In this document: piece by piece, positions 24,637 through 32,366 of the stretch | Layout of the letters: every line of letters starts with the position of its first letter | Position numbering within the stretch: the stretch's first letter is position 1 | Assembly (NCBI RefSeq): GCF_014930455.1 | Contig: NZ_JAAIYO010000008.1 | Coordinates: forward strand, 1 to 32,366 | Origin: Corallococcus soli | GTDB taxonomy: Bacteria > Myxococcota > Myxococcia > Myxococcales > Myxococcaceae | DNA: 32,366 bases | Direction: 5' to 3' | Program-made: the position numbers and the translations under genes | Notes under the pieces: model-generated | The model's input: only the letters and a program-made list of their open reading frames with translations | Databases searched by the model: none | Told to the model about the DNA's origin: nothing

Positions 24637-26734
24637 TCTGCTCCTGGAAGTCGGTGCCGAGGAGATCCCGGCGTCGTTCATCGTCCCCGCGCTGGAGGAC
24701 CTCAAGCGCGTGCTCACCGAGCGCATGGCGGACGCGCGCCTGAAGCACGGCGAGGTGCGCACCTTCGGCACGCCGCGCAGGCTCGCGGTGCTGGTGCGCG
24801 ACGTGGCGGAAGCGGGCGAGGACGTGACGAAGGAGGTGCTGGGGCCCAGCGCCAAGGCCGCCTTCGACGCGCAGGGCAAGCCTACCAAGGCGGCGGAGAA
24901 GTTCGCCGAAGGGCTCAAGCTGTCGGTGGACGCGCTCGGCCGCACGACGACCGCCAAGGGCGAGTACGTCTCCGCGCGCGTGGAGGAGAAGGGCCGCCCG
25001 GCGGATGCCATCCTCCAGGACGCGGCGCACGCCGCGGTGCACGGCATCAACTTCCGCAAGTCCATGCGCTGGGGGGACGTGGACACGTCCTTCGCGCGCC
25101 CGGTGCAGTGGCTGGTGGTGCTCCTGGGCGACACGGAGCTGCCGGTGGTGCTCGGCGACGTGAAGAGCGGGCGGACCACCCAGGGCCACCGCTTCCTCGC
25201 GCCCGGCCCCATCGTGCTCAAGGCGCCCGCGGACTACGAGTCCGTGCTGGAGAAGGCGCACGTGCTGGCGGACATCGGCAAGCGCCGCGCGTCGCTCGTG
25301 CAGAAGGTGACCGCCGCGGCGAAGGCGGCCGGTGGCCAGCTGCTGGAGGACGAGGCGCTGGTGGACCAGGTGACGAACCTGGTGGAGCTGCCGAGCCCCG
25401 TGGTGGGCAGCTTCGACGAGCGCCACCTGGACCTGCCGCCGGAGGTGCTGGTGCAGGAGATGAAGAGCCACCAGCGCTACTTCTCGCTGCTGGACGGGCA
25501 GGGGAAGCTGCTGCCGCGCTTCATCGCCGTGTCCAACACGCCGGTGCGCGACGAGGGGCTGTCGCTCCGGGGCTACGAGCGCGTGCTGCGCGCGCGGCTC
25601 GCGGACGGGCGCTTCTTCTTCGACGAGGACCGCAAGACGCCGCTGGGCGACCGCGTGGAGAAGCTGGGCCGCGTGATGTGGCAGAACCAGCTGGGCACCT
25701 ACCTGGAGAAGGTGGAGCGCTTCCGCTCGCTCGCGGGCTGGCTCGCGCAAGCCACGGGCAAGGCAGGGGAGGCGGCCACGGTGGAGCGCGCCGCCACGCT
25801 GTCCAAGGCGGACCTCGTCACCGGCATGGTGGGCGAGTTCCCGGAGCTGCAGGGCGTGATGGGCCGCGAGTACGCGCGCGCCGGCGGCGAGCCGGACGCG
25901 GTGGCCCTGGCCATCGCCGAGCACTACCTGCCCCGGGGTTCCGAGGACGCGCTGCCGTCCCAGGACGCGGGCGCGCTCATCGGCCTCGCGGACCGGCTGG
26001 ACTCGCTGTGCGGCATCTTCGCCATCGGCAAGGCGCCGTCGGGCGCGGCGGATCCGTTCGCGCTGCGCCGGGCGTGTCTGGCCATCATCCGCATCGTGCT
26101 GGGGCGCGGCTACCGCTTCAGCCTGTCGGCCGCGGTGGACGAAGCGCTCAAGCTGCTGGCGCCGAAGCTGGCCAACGTGAAGCGCAAGCCGGGTGAGGCC
26201 GCGCCGCGCGAGCAGGTGCTGGAGTTCTTCCGCGGCCGCCTCAAGGCGCTGTGGGGCGAGCAGCACCGCACGGACGTGGTGGAGGCGGTGCTGGCCGTGG
26301 GCTTCGACGACCTGGTGGCCGCGAAGAAGCGCCTGGAGGCGCTGAGCCCGCTGGTGGGCCACTCGGACTTCCAGCCGCTGGCCGCGGCCTTCAAGCGCGT
26401 GGTCAACATCGTGGAGAAGCAGGGCAAGGACGTGGCGGGCGGGCAGACCAACCCGCAGCGCTTCACCGACGAGCCGGAGAAGCACCTCCACACCGCCTTC
26501 ACCCAGGCGCGCGACAAGGTGGGCGAGCGCGTGCGCGCGGACGACTTCGCCGGGGCCCTGCGCGAAATCACCGGCCTGAAGCCCGCCGTGGACACCTTCT
26601 TCGACAAGGTGATGGTGATGGCCGAGGACAAGGACCTGCGGGAAAACCGCATCCGGTTCCTCACGGAGATTGGCGCCCTGTTCAACCAGGTCGCGGACTT
26701 CTCCAAGATCCAGGCGGAAGTCGCCGCGAGCTGA
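24626..26734 (+). CDS. glyS: Glycine--tRNA ligase beta subunit
   Basis: GTG start overlaps the glyQ stop, with GGAGG 8 nt upstream. [27 protein letters not shown]... is the conserved GlyS N-terminus. 702 aa. Confidence 0.9.
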   Translation: MARDLLLEVGAEEIPASFIVPALEDLKRVLTERMADARLKHGEVRTFGTPRRLAVLVRDVAEAGEDVTKEVLGPSAKAAFDAQGKPTKAAEKFAEGLKLSVDALGRTTTAKGEYVSARVEEKGRPADAILQDAAHAAVHGINFRKSMRWGDVDTSFARPVQWLVVLLGDTELPVVLGDVKSGRTTQGHRFLAPGPIVLKAPADYESVLEKAHVLADIGKRRASLVQKVTAAAKAAGGQLLEDEALVDQVTNLVELPSPVVGSFDERHLDLPPEVLVQEMKSHQRYFSLLDGQGKLLPRFIAVSNTPVRDEGLSLRGYERVLRARLADGRFFFDEDRKTPLGDRVEKLGRVMWQNQLGTYLEKVERFRSLAGWLAQATGKAGEAATVERAATLSKADLVTGMVGEFPELQGVMGREYARAGGEPDAVALAIAEHYLPRGSEDALPSQDAGALIGLADRLDSLCGIFAIGKAPSGAADPFALRRACLAIIRIVLGRGYRFSLSAAVDEALKLLAPKLANVKRKPGEAAPREQVLEFFRGRLKALWGEQHRTDVVEAVLAVGFDDLVAAKKRLEALSPLVGHSDFQPLAAAFKRVVNIVEKQGKDVAGGQTNPQRFTDEPEKHLHTAFTQARDKVGERVRADDFAGALREITGLKPAVDTFFDKVMVMAEDKDLRENRIRFLTEIGALFNQVADFSKIQAEVAAS

Positions 26735-26748
26735 AGCTTTACCGCCGG

Positions 26749-26795
26749 AGCGTGCCCGCTCCCCCGCCAGGGGGGCGGCACGCGTTTCCGGGCTT
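26749..26795 (+). terminator. Imperfect GC-rich hairpin after glyS
   Basis: GCGTGCCCGCTCCCCC gcca GGGGGGCGGCACGC followed by GTTTCCGGGCTTTGCGG. Confidence 0.4.
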
Positions 26796-26904
26796 TGCGG
26801 CCTGGGGCGTGGGTAGGTGTCGTCGGGAGGGCAGGCTGGGAATAGCCTCCGCCCTATTCAGTTGCCCGGGGCAGGGCGCCGTTCCTACACTCCGCCCCCC
26901 TCTG

Positions 26905-28440
26905 ATGCGCCTCCCTTTCCTGACCTCCGCGCTGTTGTTCGTCACGGCGTGTTCGATTGAATCCGAACCGAACCCGCCCCCGTCCACCCGCTTCGTGTAC
27001 CCCAGCGGGGTGGCGTTCTGGCGCCCTCCCTCGGCGGGTGGCCCGTCGGCGAGCAACGGCTACCTCTTCGTCGCGAACGCGAACTTCGACAACTGCTTCG
27101 ACTCCGGTTCGGTGATTGCGCTCAACCTGGATGCGCTGAGCACCCAGGCGGAGGGCCAGTCCGTCCCGGTGCCCCGGCTGGGCTCGGCCGAGCCCGCGAG
27201 CCTCCTCACCTTCGAGAACCTGTCCTCGTCGGCGGACTCGCTCGTGCAGATCCGCAGCTTCGCGGGTGACATGGCCATGTGGGTCAACCCCGCCAACGGG
27301 TTGCCGCGCCTGTTCGTGCCCTCGCGCGCGGAGGGCAACAACCTGCACGCGGTGGACGTCAGCCTTTCGGGGGATGGCGCGCCGGTGCTCGCCTGCGTGC
27401 AGGGCGGCGTGGACTGCCGGACGGGGGCGCTGTCGCTCACGGACGACATCCCTTCGTCGCTGCAGGACGCGGCCCGTCCGGGCCTGCCCCGCGCGCCGTC
27501 GCCCATTGGCGTGACGGTGGATGCCGCCAGCGGCACGCTGTACGTGACGCACTCGGAAGCGGCGGATTCGCCCGCCAACTCCAGCACCAACTTCGAGAAC
27601 TACCTGGTCACGCTGAAGACGGACAACCCCACCCGCGACACGCTGGGCTTCATCCCGCTGTCGCCGGAGGGCTACATCTACGGCGGCTCGGATTCGACGA
27701 CGGTGGGGGCGGGGTTCGTCTACGTGTCGGGCCGCAACTTCGTGGCCGGCGACCGCGGCACGGTGGCCGGGAACTTCGTGCTGCGGCTGGTGGACAAGAA
27801 CGTGTCCACGCGCGTCCTGGAGCCCGTCCTGTTCTCGGTCTACCGCATCCGCGAGGCGCGCGCGGTCCAGGTGGTGTCCCGGCCGGTGACGGCCGCGGAG
27901 CTCGCGGCCCGGCCCTACTTCGTGCGCGAGCGGCTGTACGTGCTGGCGCGCGGCCCGGACACGCTGCTCACGCTCGACTTCGAATACGACGCCGCTCCAG
28001 GCGCGCAGGCGACGGACCCCACCTTCCGGGTCATCTCCGCGGTGCCCATGCCCGACGGCGTCAGCGACATGCAGATCGTCAGCCGGCAGGGGGCGCCGAC
28101 CAACACCGACACGAACATCCTCGCGGTGACGAGCACCGGCGACAGCGCGGTGTCCCTCTACGACGAGGCGCTCGGGCAGGTCGTCGTCCAGGTGCCGCTC
28201 GTCAACTCGCAGAACCAGACCAGCAACCCGTCGCAGGCCTTCGGGCTGACGGTGGACAACCCGGCCGGTGTGAACGCGGCGCGGCTGTTCGTGACCAACT
28301 TCGGAGACGGGCAGGTGTCCATCGTGGACATCCCCGACCTCACCCGTCCGCAGGACGCGAAACTGGTGGCACGGCTCGGCACGCAGCAGCAGCGGGATCC
28401 GAACCAGGGCACCAGCGTGTGCCAGGAGAACCAACCTTGA
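26905..28440 (+). CDS. Lipoprotein with YVTN-type beta-propeller repeats
   Basis: Signal plus lipobox MRLPFLTSALLFVTAC|S. Repeats of the YVTN kind (GTLYVTHSEA..., ARLFVTNFGDGQVSIVDI). ATG 26905 chosen within track ORF 26251..28440. 511 aa. Confidence 0.7.
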   Translation: MRLPFLTSALLFVTACSIESEPNPPPSTRFVYPSGVAFWRPPSAGGPSASNGYLFVANANFDNCFDSGSVIALNLDALSTQAEGQSVPVPRLGSAEPASLLTFENLSSSADSLVQIRSFAGDMAMWVNPANGLPRLFVPSRAEGNNLHAVDVSLSGDGAPVLACVQGGVDCRTGALSLTDDIPSSLQDAARPGLPRAPSPIGVTVDAASGTLYVTHSEAADSPANSSTNFENYLVTLKTDNPTRDTLGFIPLSPEGYIYGGSDSTTVGAGFVYVSGRNFVAGDRGTVAGNFVLRLVDKNVSTRVLEPVLFSVYRIREARAVQVVSRPVTAAELAARPYFVRERLYVLARGPDTLLTLDFEYDAAPGAQATDPTFRVISAVPMPDGVSDMQIVSRQGAPTNTDTNILAVTSTGDSAVSLYDEALGQVVVQVPLVNSQNQTSNPSQAFGLTVDNPAGVNAARLFVTNFGDGQVSIVDIPDLTRPQDAKLVARLGTQQQRDPNQGTSVCQENQP

Positions 28441-30596
28441 AGCGCGGCATCCTCGCTGCCCTGTTGCTGGGCGCCTCGGGCCTCACGGGCGCCTGCTCCG
28501 ACACCACCTCCACGGCGGGTGCCGCGGGCCTCACGGGCACGTACGACGTGGTGCTCTCCAACCAGCTCGTCTTCGTCACCTCCCAGGACCGGGACGAGCT
28601 GCGCGTGCTGGACCTCACGCGCACGCCCCGCGAGTTCATCCCCGCGCCCAACCCGCTGGAGTCCCTGGCCATCCCCGTCGTCGAGCGGCCCGACGCGCTC
28701 ACCCGCGACGTGGGCTACGACGCCAAGGGCGATGACGTGTCCGGCCCCTACATCTACGCGCGCAGCTCCGGCGGCCGCAGCATCTCCGTGGTGGCCGCCG
28801 ACCGCGCGCGCCTCAACGAGGTGACGCGGCTGTCCACCGGCCAGCTCATCACCGCCTTCGCCGCGCACGCCCCGGTGGCCGAGGGCGCGCCGAGCGTCCT
28901 GTACTACGCGCTCCAGACCCGCCCGGAGGCCGCCGAGCAGCTCTGCGGTCCCTTCGGCGGCGGGGTGGTGATGCGCCAGGACCTGCCGGCCCCCGACGCC
29001 TTCGACGCCGCGGCCCTTCCTCCCGCGCTGCCCGTCTTCTGCCTGCGCCCGTCGGACACCGTGCTGTCCATGATCGTGATGCCCTCGCGTCCGGACGTGA
29101 CGGACTCGCTGGTGGTCGCCATCCGCAACGTGACGGGCACCAGCCGGCTGGTGCGCGTCGTCGCGGACGGGGCGTCCGTGGAGGTCGCCTACAAGCGTCC
29201 GCGTCCGGCGCCCTACACGGTGCCGACGTACACGGACCTGGTGGACATCCCCGCGCGGCTCGTCGCCACGCACCCGGCCTTCGGTCCGGACACGGCCCGC
29301 GTGCCGGCGGGCCGCTACATCTACGTGCTGCTCGACGAGCTCACCTGCGTCTCGACGGACTGCGAGGGCGTCATCGCGCTCGACAACGGCCCGGATCCCC
29401 TGGTGCCGTCCCCGGCGCCGGTGCTCGCCCGCGACGTCACCGGCGCGCCCATGCTGACGCTGACGCCGCCGGCGGGCCTGCCCACGGGGCTGACGCTGCG
29501 CGCGGGCCTGGAGGTCCGCGAGGTCCTGGCGGATGGCGCGGCCTACACGTCTCCCATTCCGCTGCTGGGCATCATGCCGTCGTCGGACGGGAAGGTGACC
29601 CTGTTCCGCGCGGACGAGCGCCGCGCGTTCAACCTGGACCGCGACCCCACCGCCGGCGCGCTGCGCGCCTCGGTGGCGGTGGAACTGCGCGACGGCTCGG
29701 AGCTCATCCGGGCCGACCAGTTCCAGAGCATCCGGGTGGAGCAGCCGGGCTGCCCGCAGAACGCGGAGGTGACCAACGCCACGGCCTTCCTGTGTGACGG
29801 GACGCTGCCCGGCGGGACCTACCGCTTCGTCTTCCAGGGCATCCTGCCGGGCCTCGTCAACCTGACGCGCGACCTGTCCGTGGAGGATCCCCCCCTGCTG
29901 GTGGAGACCGCCCTGGCCACGTCCCGCGCCGTGATTCCGGGCGACTCCATCGTGCTGGCGAACAACGTGAGCGCCTGCCCGCAGATCGTCCGCATCCTCC
30001 GCCTGGAGGACCAGGGCGATGGCCTCACCCGGCTGTTCCCGGACCTGTCGGACGCGGCCACCGTCAGCGCGCTGGAGACGTGCGCCACGTACTCCAGCTT
30101 CTCCGTGCGCGCCGGGCCGACCACGAAGCCCTTCGTGCTCTATTCGGGCCTGGAGACCGCGGACTCCTACCTGCTGCGGCTGGACGTCGGTGAGGCCTAC
30201 ACGGTGTCCAACCTGCTGAATTACTACTACCACGCGAACGGCTTCGACCTGGGCCTGGACCCGCCCAAGGCGCAGCCGACCTTCGCCCCCGCGCCGCTGT
30301 CGCTCACCCTGACGGCGACGTTCGGAGACCCCTCGCGGTTGAACGCCGGTGACCGCTACGTGGTGACGCTGCTGCCGCGCTTCCGCCGCTTCGTCTTCGG
30401 CGTGGACACCGGCGAAGGCGGCTCGCAGACCAACCTGGGGGCCTACACCCTGCCTGGCTCCGTGGTGGCCACGGACGTGGCGGGCTCCAGCCTGGCCTAC
30501 ATCGCCTATCCCTCCGCGGACGGCGTGCTCCAGGTGGCGCTGGAGCAGATCACCGACAACGCGAACAACCTCCAGTACCTCCGGGCCTTCCAGTAA
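28437..30596 (+). CDS. Large lipoprotein, beta-propeller-like, translationally coupled to the previous gene
   Basis: TTG start overlaps the upstream TGA (CTTGA). Lipoprotein signal KRGILAALLLGASGLTGAC|S. A YVTN-like strand (NQLVFVTSQDRDELRVLDL). The true start must be after 28440 because the track ORF overlaps the upstream gene. 719 aa. Confidence 0.6.
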   Translation: MKRGILAALLLGASGLTGACSDTTSTAGAAGLTGTYDVVLSNQLVFVTSQDRDELRVLDLTRTPREFIPAPNPLESLAIPVVERPDALTRDVGYDAKGDDVSGPYIYARSSGGRSISVVAADRARLNEVTRLSTGQLITAFAAHAPVAEGAPSVLYYALQTRPEAAEQLCGPFGGGVVMRQDLPAPDAFDAAALPPALPVFCLRPSDTVLSMIVMPSRPDVTDSLVVAIRNVTGTSRLVRVVADGASVEVAYKRPRPAPYTVPTYTDLVDIPARLVATHPAFGPDTARVPAGRYIYVLLDELTCVSTDCEGVIALDNGPDPLVPSPAPVLARDVTGAPMLTLTPPAGLPTGLTLRAGLEVREVLADGAAYTSPIPLLGIMPSSDGKVTLFRADERRAFNLDRDPTAGALRASVAVELRDGSELIRADQFQSIRVEQPGCPQNAEVTNATAFLCDGTLPGGTYRFVFQGILPGLVNLTRDLSVEDPPLLVETALATSRAVIPGDSIVLANNVSACPQIVRILRLEDQGDGLTRLFPDLSDAATVSALETCATYSSFSVRAGPTTKPFVLYSGLETADSYLLRLDVGEAYTVSNLLNYYYHANGFDLGLDPPKAQPTFAPAPLSLTLTATFGDPSRLNAGDRYVVTLLPRFRRFVFGVDTGEGGSQTNLGAYTLPGSVVATDVAGSSLAYIAYPSADGVLQVALEQITDNANNLQYLRAFQ

Positions 30597-30659
30597 TTGG
30601 GCGGGCCTGGGCGGCTCTGCTATCGTTCCCCACGTTCAGCATTTCCCGAGCCAAGACCG

Positions 30660-31517
30660 ATGATCGATCAGAACTCCCATCCCGCACGCAAGGTCGGCAT
30701 CGCCGATCACCTGTGGGAGACGTACGAAGAGATGGCCCAGCAGATGGGGTCGGATCGCGACGCGCTGATCAACCAGGCGCTCTTCATGTTCGCGCGCCTC
30801 AACGGCTTCATCGAGGTGAGGGCGAAGGCGGAGCCGGCCATCGCCGCCGTGCCGTCGCCTACGCCCGCGCCACGTCCGGTCGCTCCGCCTCCCGCGGCGG
30901 CCGCGTCCAAGGGGGCGCCGCCGGTGCTCGCGCCCGCGCGGGCCGAACCCGCCCGCGCCTCCGCGCGCCCCGTGGAGGACCGCCCGTCCTCGAACGGCCT
31001 GGACAACGATCCGGTGCGCCGCGAGGTGGCCGAGCGCGTCCTGGAGACGGCCGCCGAGCTGGAGCGGCTCATCAAGGGCAAGAACGAGCCGCCCCCGCCC
31101 TCCGCCGACGACATGATCGAGGACGAGGAGGAGCCCCTGCCCGAGCAGGAGGATCCGCCGCTCGAGGACGAGCTGGAGGACGAGCCCGCGGAGGAGGCAG
31201 AGGAAGAGCCCGCGGAGGAGGCCGACGAGGAGGAGGGCGCGTCGCTCTACCTGGTCACCGAGTCCGGTGAGCAGGAGAAGATCATCAAGGACCGCTACGT
31301 CATCGGTCGCGGCAAGCACTGCGACTTCGTCATCAACTCCGGCAAGGTGTCGCGCGAGCACGCCGTCATCGCCCGCGACGGCGGCGACTTCTACATCGAA
31401 GACCTCGGCTCCTCGAACGGGACCTGGTTCAACAAGCAGCGCATCAAGCGCCGCAAGGTCGAGGACGGGGACGAGTACTTCATCTGCAGCGAGAAGATCC
31501 GCCTGGTCATCCACTGA
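30660..31517 (+). CDS. Ribbon-helix-helix (N-terminal) plus FHA (C-terminal) domain regulator with acidic linker
   Basis: N-terminus RKVGIADHLWETYEEMAQQMGSDRDALINQALFMFARL has the beta-strand/helix/helix pattern of a RHH fold. Centre is Pro/Ala-rich then strongly acidic (EDEEEPLPEQEDPPLEDELEDEPAEEAEEE). C-terminus is a classic FHA domain (YVIGRGKHCDFVINSGKVSREHAVI...FYIEDLGSSNGTWFN). 285 aa. Confidence 0.8.
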   Translation: MIDQNSHPARKVGIADHLWETYEEMAQQMGSDRDALINQALFMFARLNGFIEVRAKAEPAIAAVPSPTPAPRPVAPPPAAAASKGAPPVLAPARAEPARASARPVEDRPSSNGLDNDPVRREVAERVLETAAELERLIKGKNEPPPPSADDMIEDEEEPLPEQEDPPLEDELEDEPAEEAEEEPAEEADEEEGASLYLVTESGEQEKIIKDRYVIGRGKHCDFVINSGKVSREHAVIARDGGDFYIEDLGSSNGTWFNKQRIKRRKVEDGDEYFICSEKIRLVIH

Positions 31518-31621
31518 TGACGCACTGCCCCCCGGTTCAATGACCGTGTTCAGCATTTGACGGGCTCCGGGCCTCCCTGGTTTGATAGGGGTCGCCTGCC
31601 CGCCTTGGGGCCAGGTGCCTG

Positions 31622-32158
31622 ATGACACCTGTTCAGCCCGTGCTGTGGACGATTCTGGGAGTGGCCCTGGTGATGGCGGTGGTGACCGACGTGCTGCGCC
31701 GGATCATCCCCAACGTCGTGACCTATCCGCTCGTCGTGCTGGGGCTCGGGGTGCGGGGCTGGGCGGAGGGGTGGGGCGGGCTGCATTCGGGGGTGGTGAG
31801 CGGGGCGGTCGCGGGCGCGGGGCTGGCGCTGCTGCTGGTTCCCGGCGCGCTGCGCGGGCGCATGGGGTGGGGTGACGTCAAGCTGATGGCGGGCGTGGGC
31901 TGTGTGCTGGGGTTCCCGGCGGTGCTCGCGGCGGCGGCCTTCATCTCGTTGGTGGGCGCGCTGCAGGCGGTCGTCACGCTGCTGTGGCAGGGCGCCGTCT
32001 GGGACACGCTGGCGGCGGTGGCCCGTCGCTGGGCGGTGCGGGCGAAATGGATGCGCGAGGAAACCTTGCCCGCGCCCGCGCGACACATCCCCTACGGCGT
32101 CTCCATCGCGCTCGGGACTTTCTGGGCCATGTGGTGGCAGCAACAACATCTGGGATAG
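31622..32158 (+). CDS. cpaA: Flp/Tad pilus prepilin peptidase (A24 family, CpaA/TadV-like)
   Basis: 178-aa polytopic membrane protein. It has the N-terminal Asp region and the GWGDVKLMAGVG motif typical of CpaA/TadV. Confidence 0.7.
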   Translation: MTPVQPVLWTILGVALVMAVVTDVLRRIIPNVVTYPLVVLGLGVRGWAEGWGGLHSGVVSGAVAGAGLALLLVPGALRGRMGWGDVKLMAGVGCVLGFPAVLAAAAFISLVGALQAVVTLLWQGAVWDTLAAVARRWAVRAKWMREETLPAPARHIPYGVSIALGTFWAMWWQQQHLG

Positions 32159-32203
32159 CGCGCAGCCGTCAGCGCGCACGCACGCAAGAAGGGGATTCAC
32201 ACG

Positions 32204-32366
32204 ATGTCCACTCGCTTCACGCACGCCGTAGCGCTTGGCGCCCTCGTCACCCTGGTGGCCAGCGCCCCCGCCCTGGCCCAGGAGGGCAGCACCGTCAGCC
32301 TCGGGGTGGGCACGCAGAAGGTCCTCACCATCCCCGGCCTGAGCCGCGTCGCGCTGGGCGACCCGT
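32204..32366 (+). CDS. Flp/Tad pilus secretin CpaC/RcpA-like, 5' partial (runs off the window)
   Basis: RBS AAGAAGGGG, signal peptide MSTRFTHAVALGALVTLVASAPALAQE, then VSLGVGTQKVLTIPGLSRVALGDP. That stretch matches the pilus-formation N-terminal motif (...SRVAVGDP...) found at the start of CpaC-type secretins. Confidence 0.5.
   Translation, partial: MSTRFTHAVALGALVTLVASAPALAQEGSTVSLGVGTQKVLTIPGLSRVALGDP

Noticed and set aside
13009-32224. Other long minus-strand ORFs (for example 13516..15201, 15604..16656, 16906..17925, 18594..20465, 22114..25221, 24584..26491, 28158..30233, 30636..31628, 31550..32224)
   Set aside because: All overlap + strand genes that have recognisable conserved motifs (SLT, TPR lipoprotein, RecO, PfkB, NTase, kinase, GlyQ/GlyS, FHA, CpaA). 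Their composition is the antisense Arg/Gly/Pro-rich signature, so I treat them as artefacts.

Overview
High-GC (about 68-70%) bacterial chromosomal segment whose proteins and gene order look myxobacterial (Myxococcus-like). Every recognisable gene is on the + strand. The first 13 kb is the conserved translation/transcription core: rpmG, tRNA-Trp, secE, nusG, rplK, rplA, a long structured leader, rplJ, rplL, an attenuator, rpoB and rpoC. Downstream on the same strand are a pair of phasin-family coiled-coil proteins, an SLT-domain lytic transglycosylase, two uncharacterised proteins (one secreted), a TPR lipoprotein that I believe is Tgl or a Tgl-like protein, a short RodZ-like protein and recO. 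After that come a PfkB sugar kinase, two translationally coupled Pol-beta-superfamily nucleotidyltransferases of unknown function, a membrane Ser/Thr kinase with a C-terminal PEGA domain, glyQ and glyS. The window then has two overlapping YVTN-type beta-propeller lipoproteins, a ribbon-helix-helix plus FHA regulator, a CpaA/TadV prepilin peptidase and the 5' end of a CpaC-like secretin, i.e. the start of a Tad/Flp-type pilus locus. I found no rRNA, CRISPR array or IS/transposon. The long minus-strand ORFs in the track are antisense artefacts of the high-GC coding strand. The best candidates for something new are the coupled nucleotidyltransferase pair, the genes clustered with the Tgl-like lipoprotein, and the RHH-FHA regulator with a repeated 11-mer flanking its gene at the head of the Tad locus. 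All identifications come from motif and architecture recognition only; no database search was possible.
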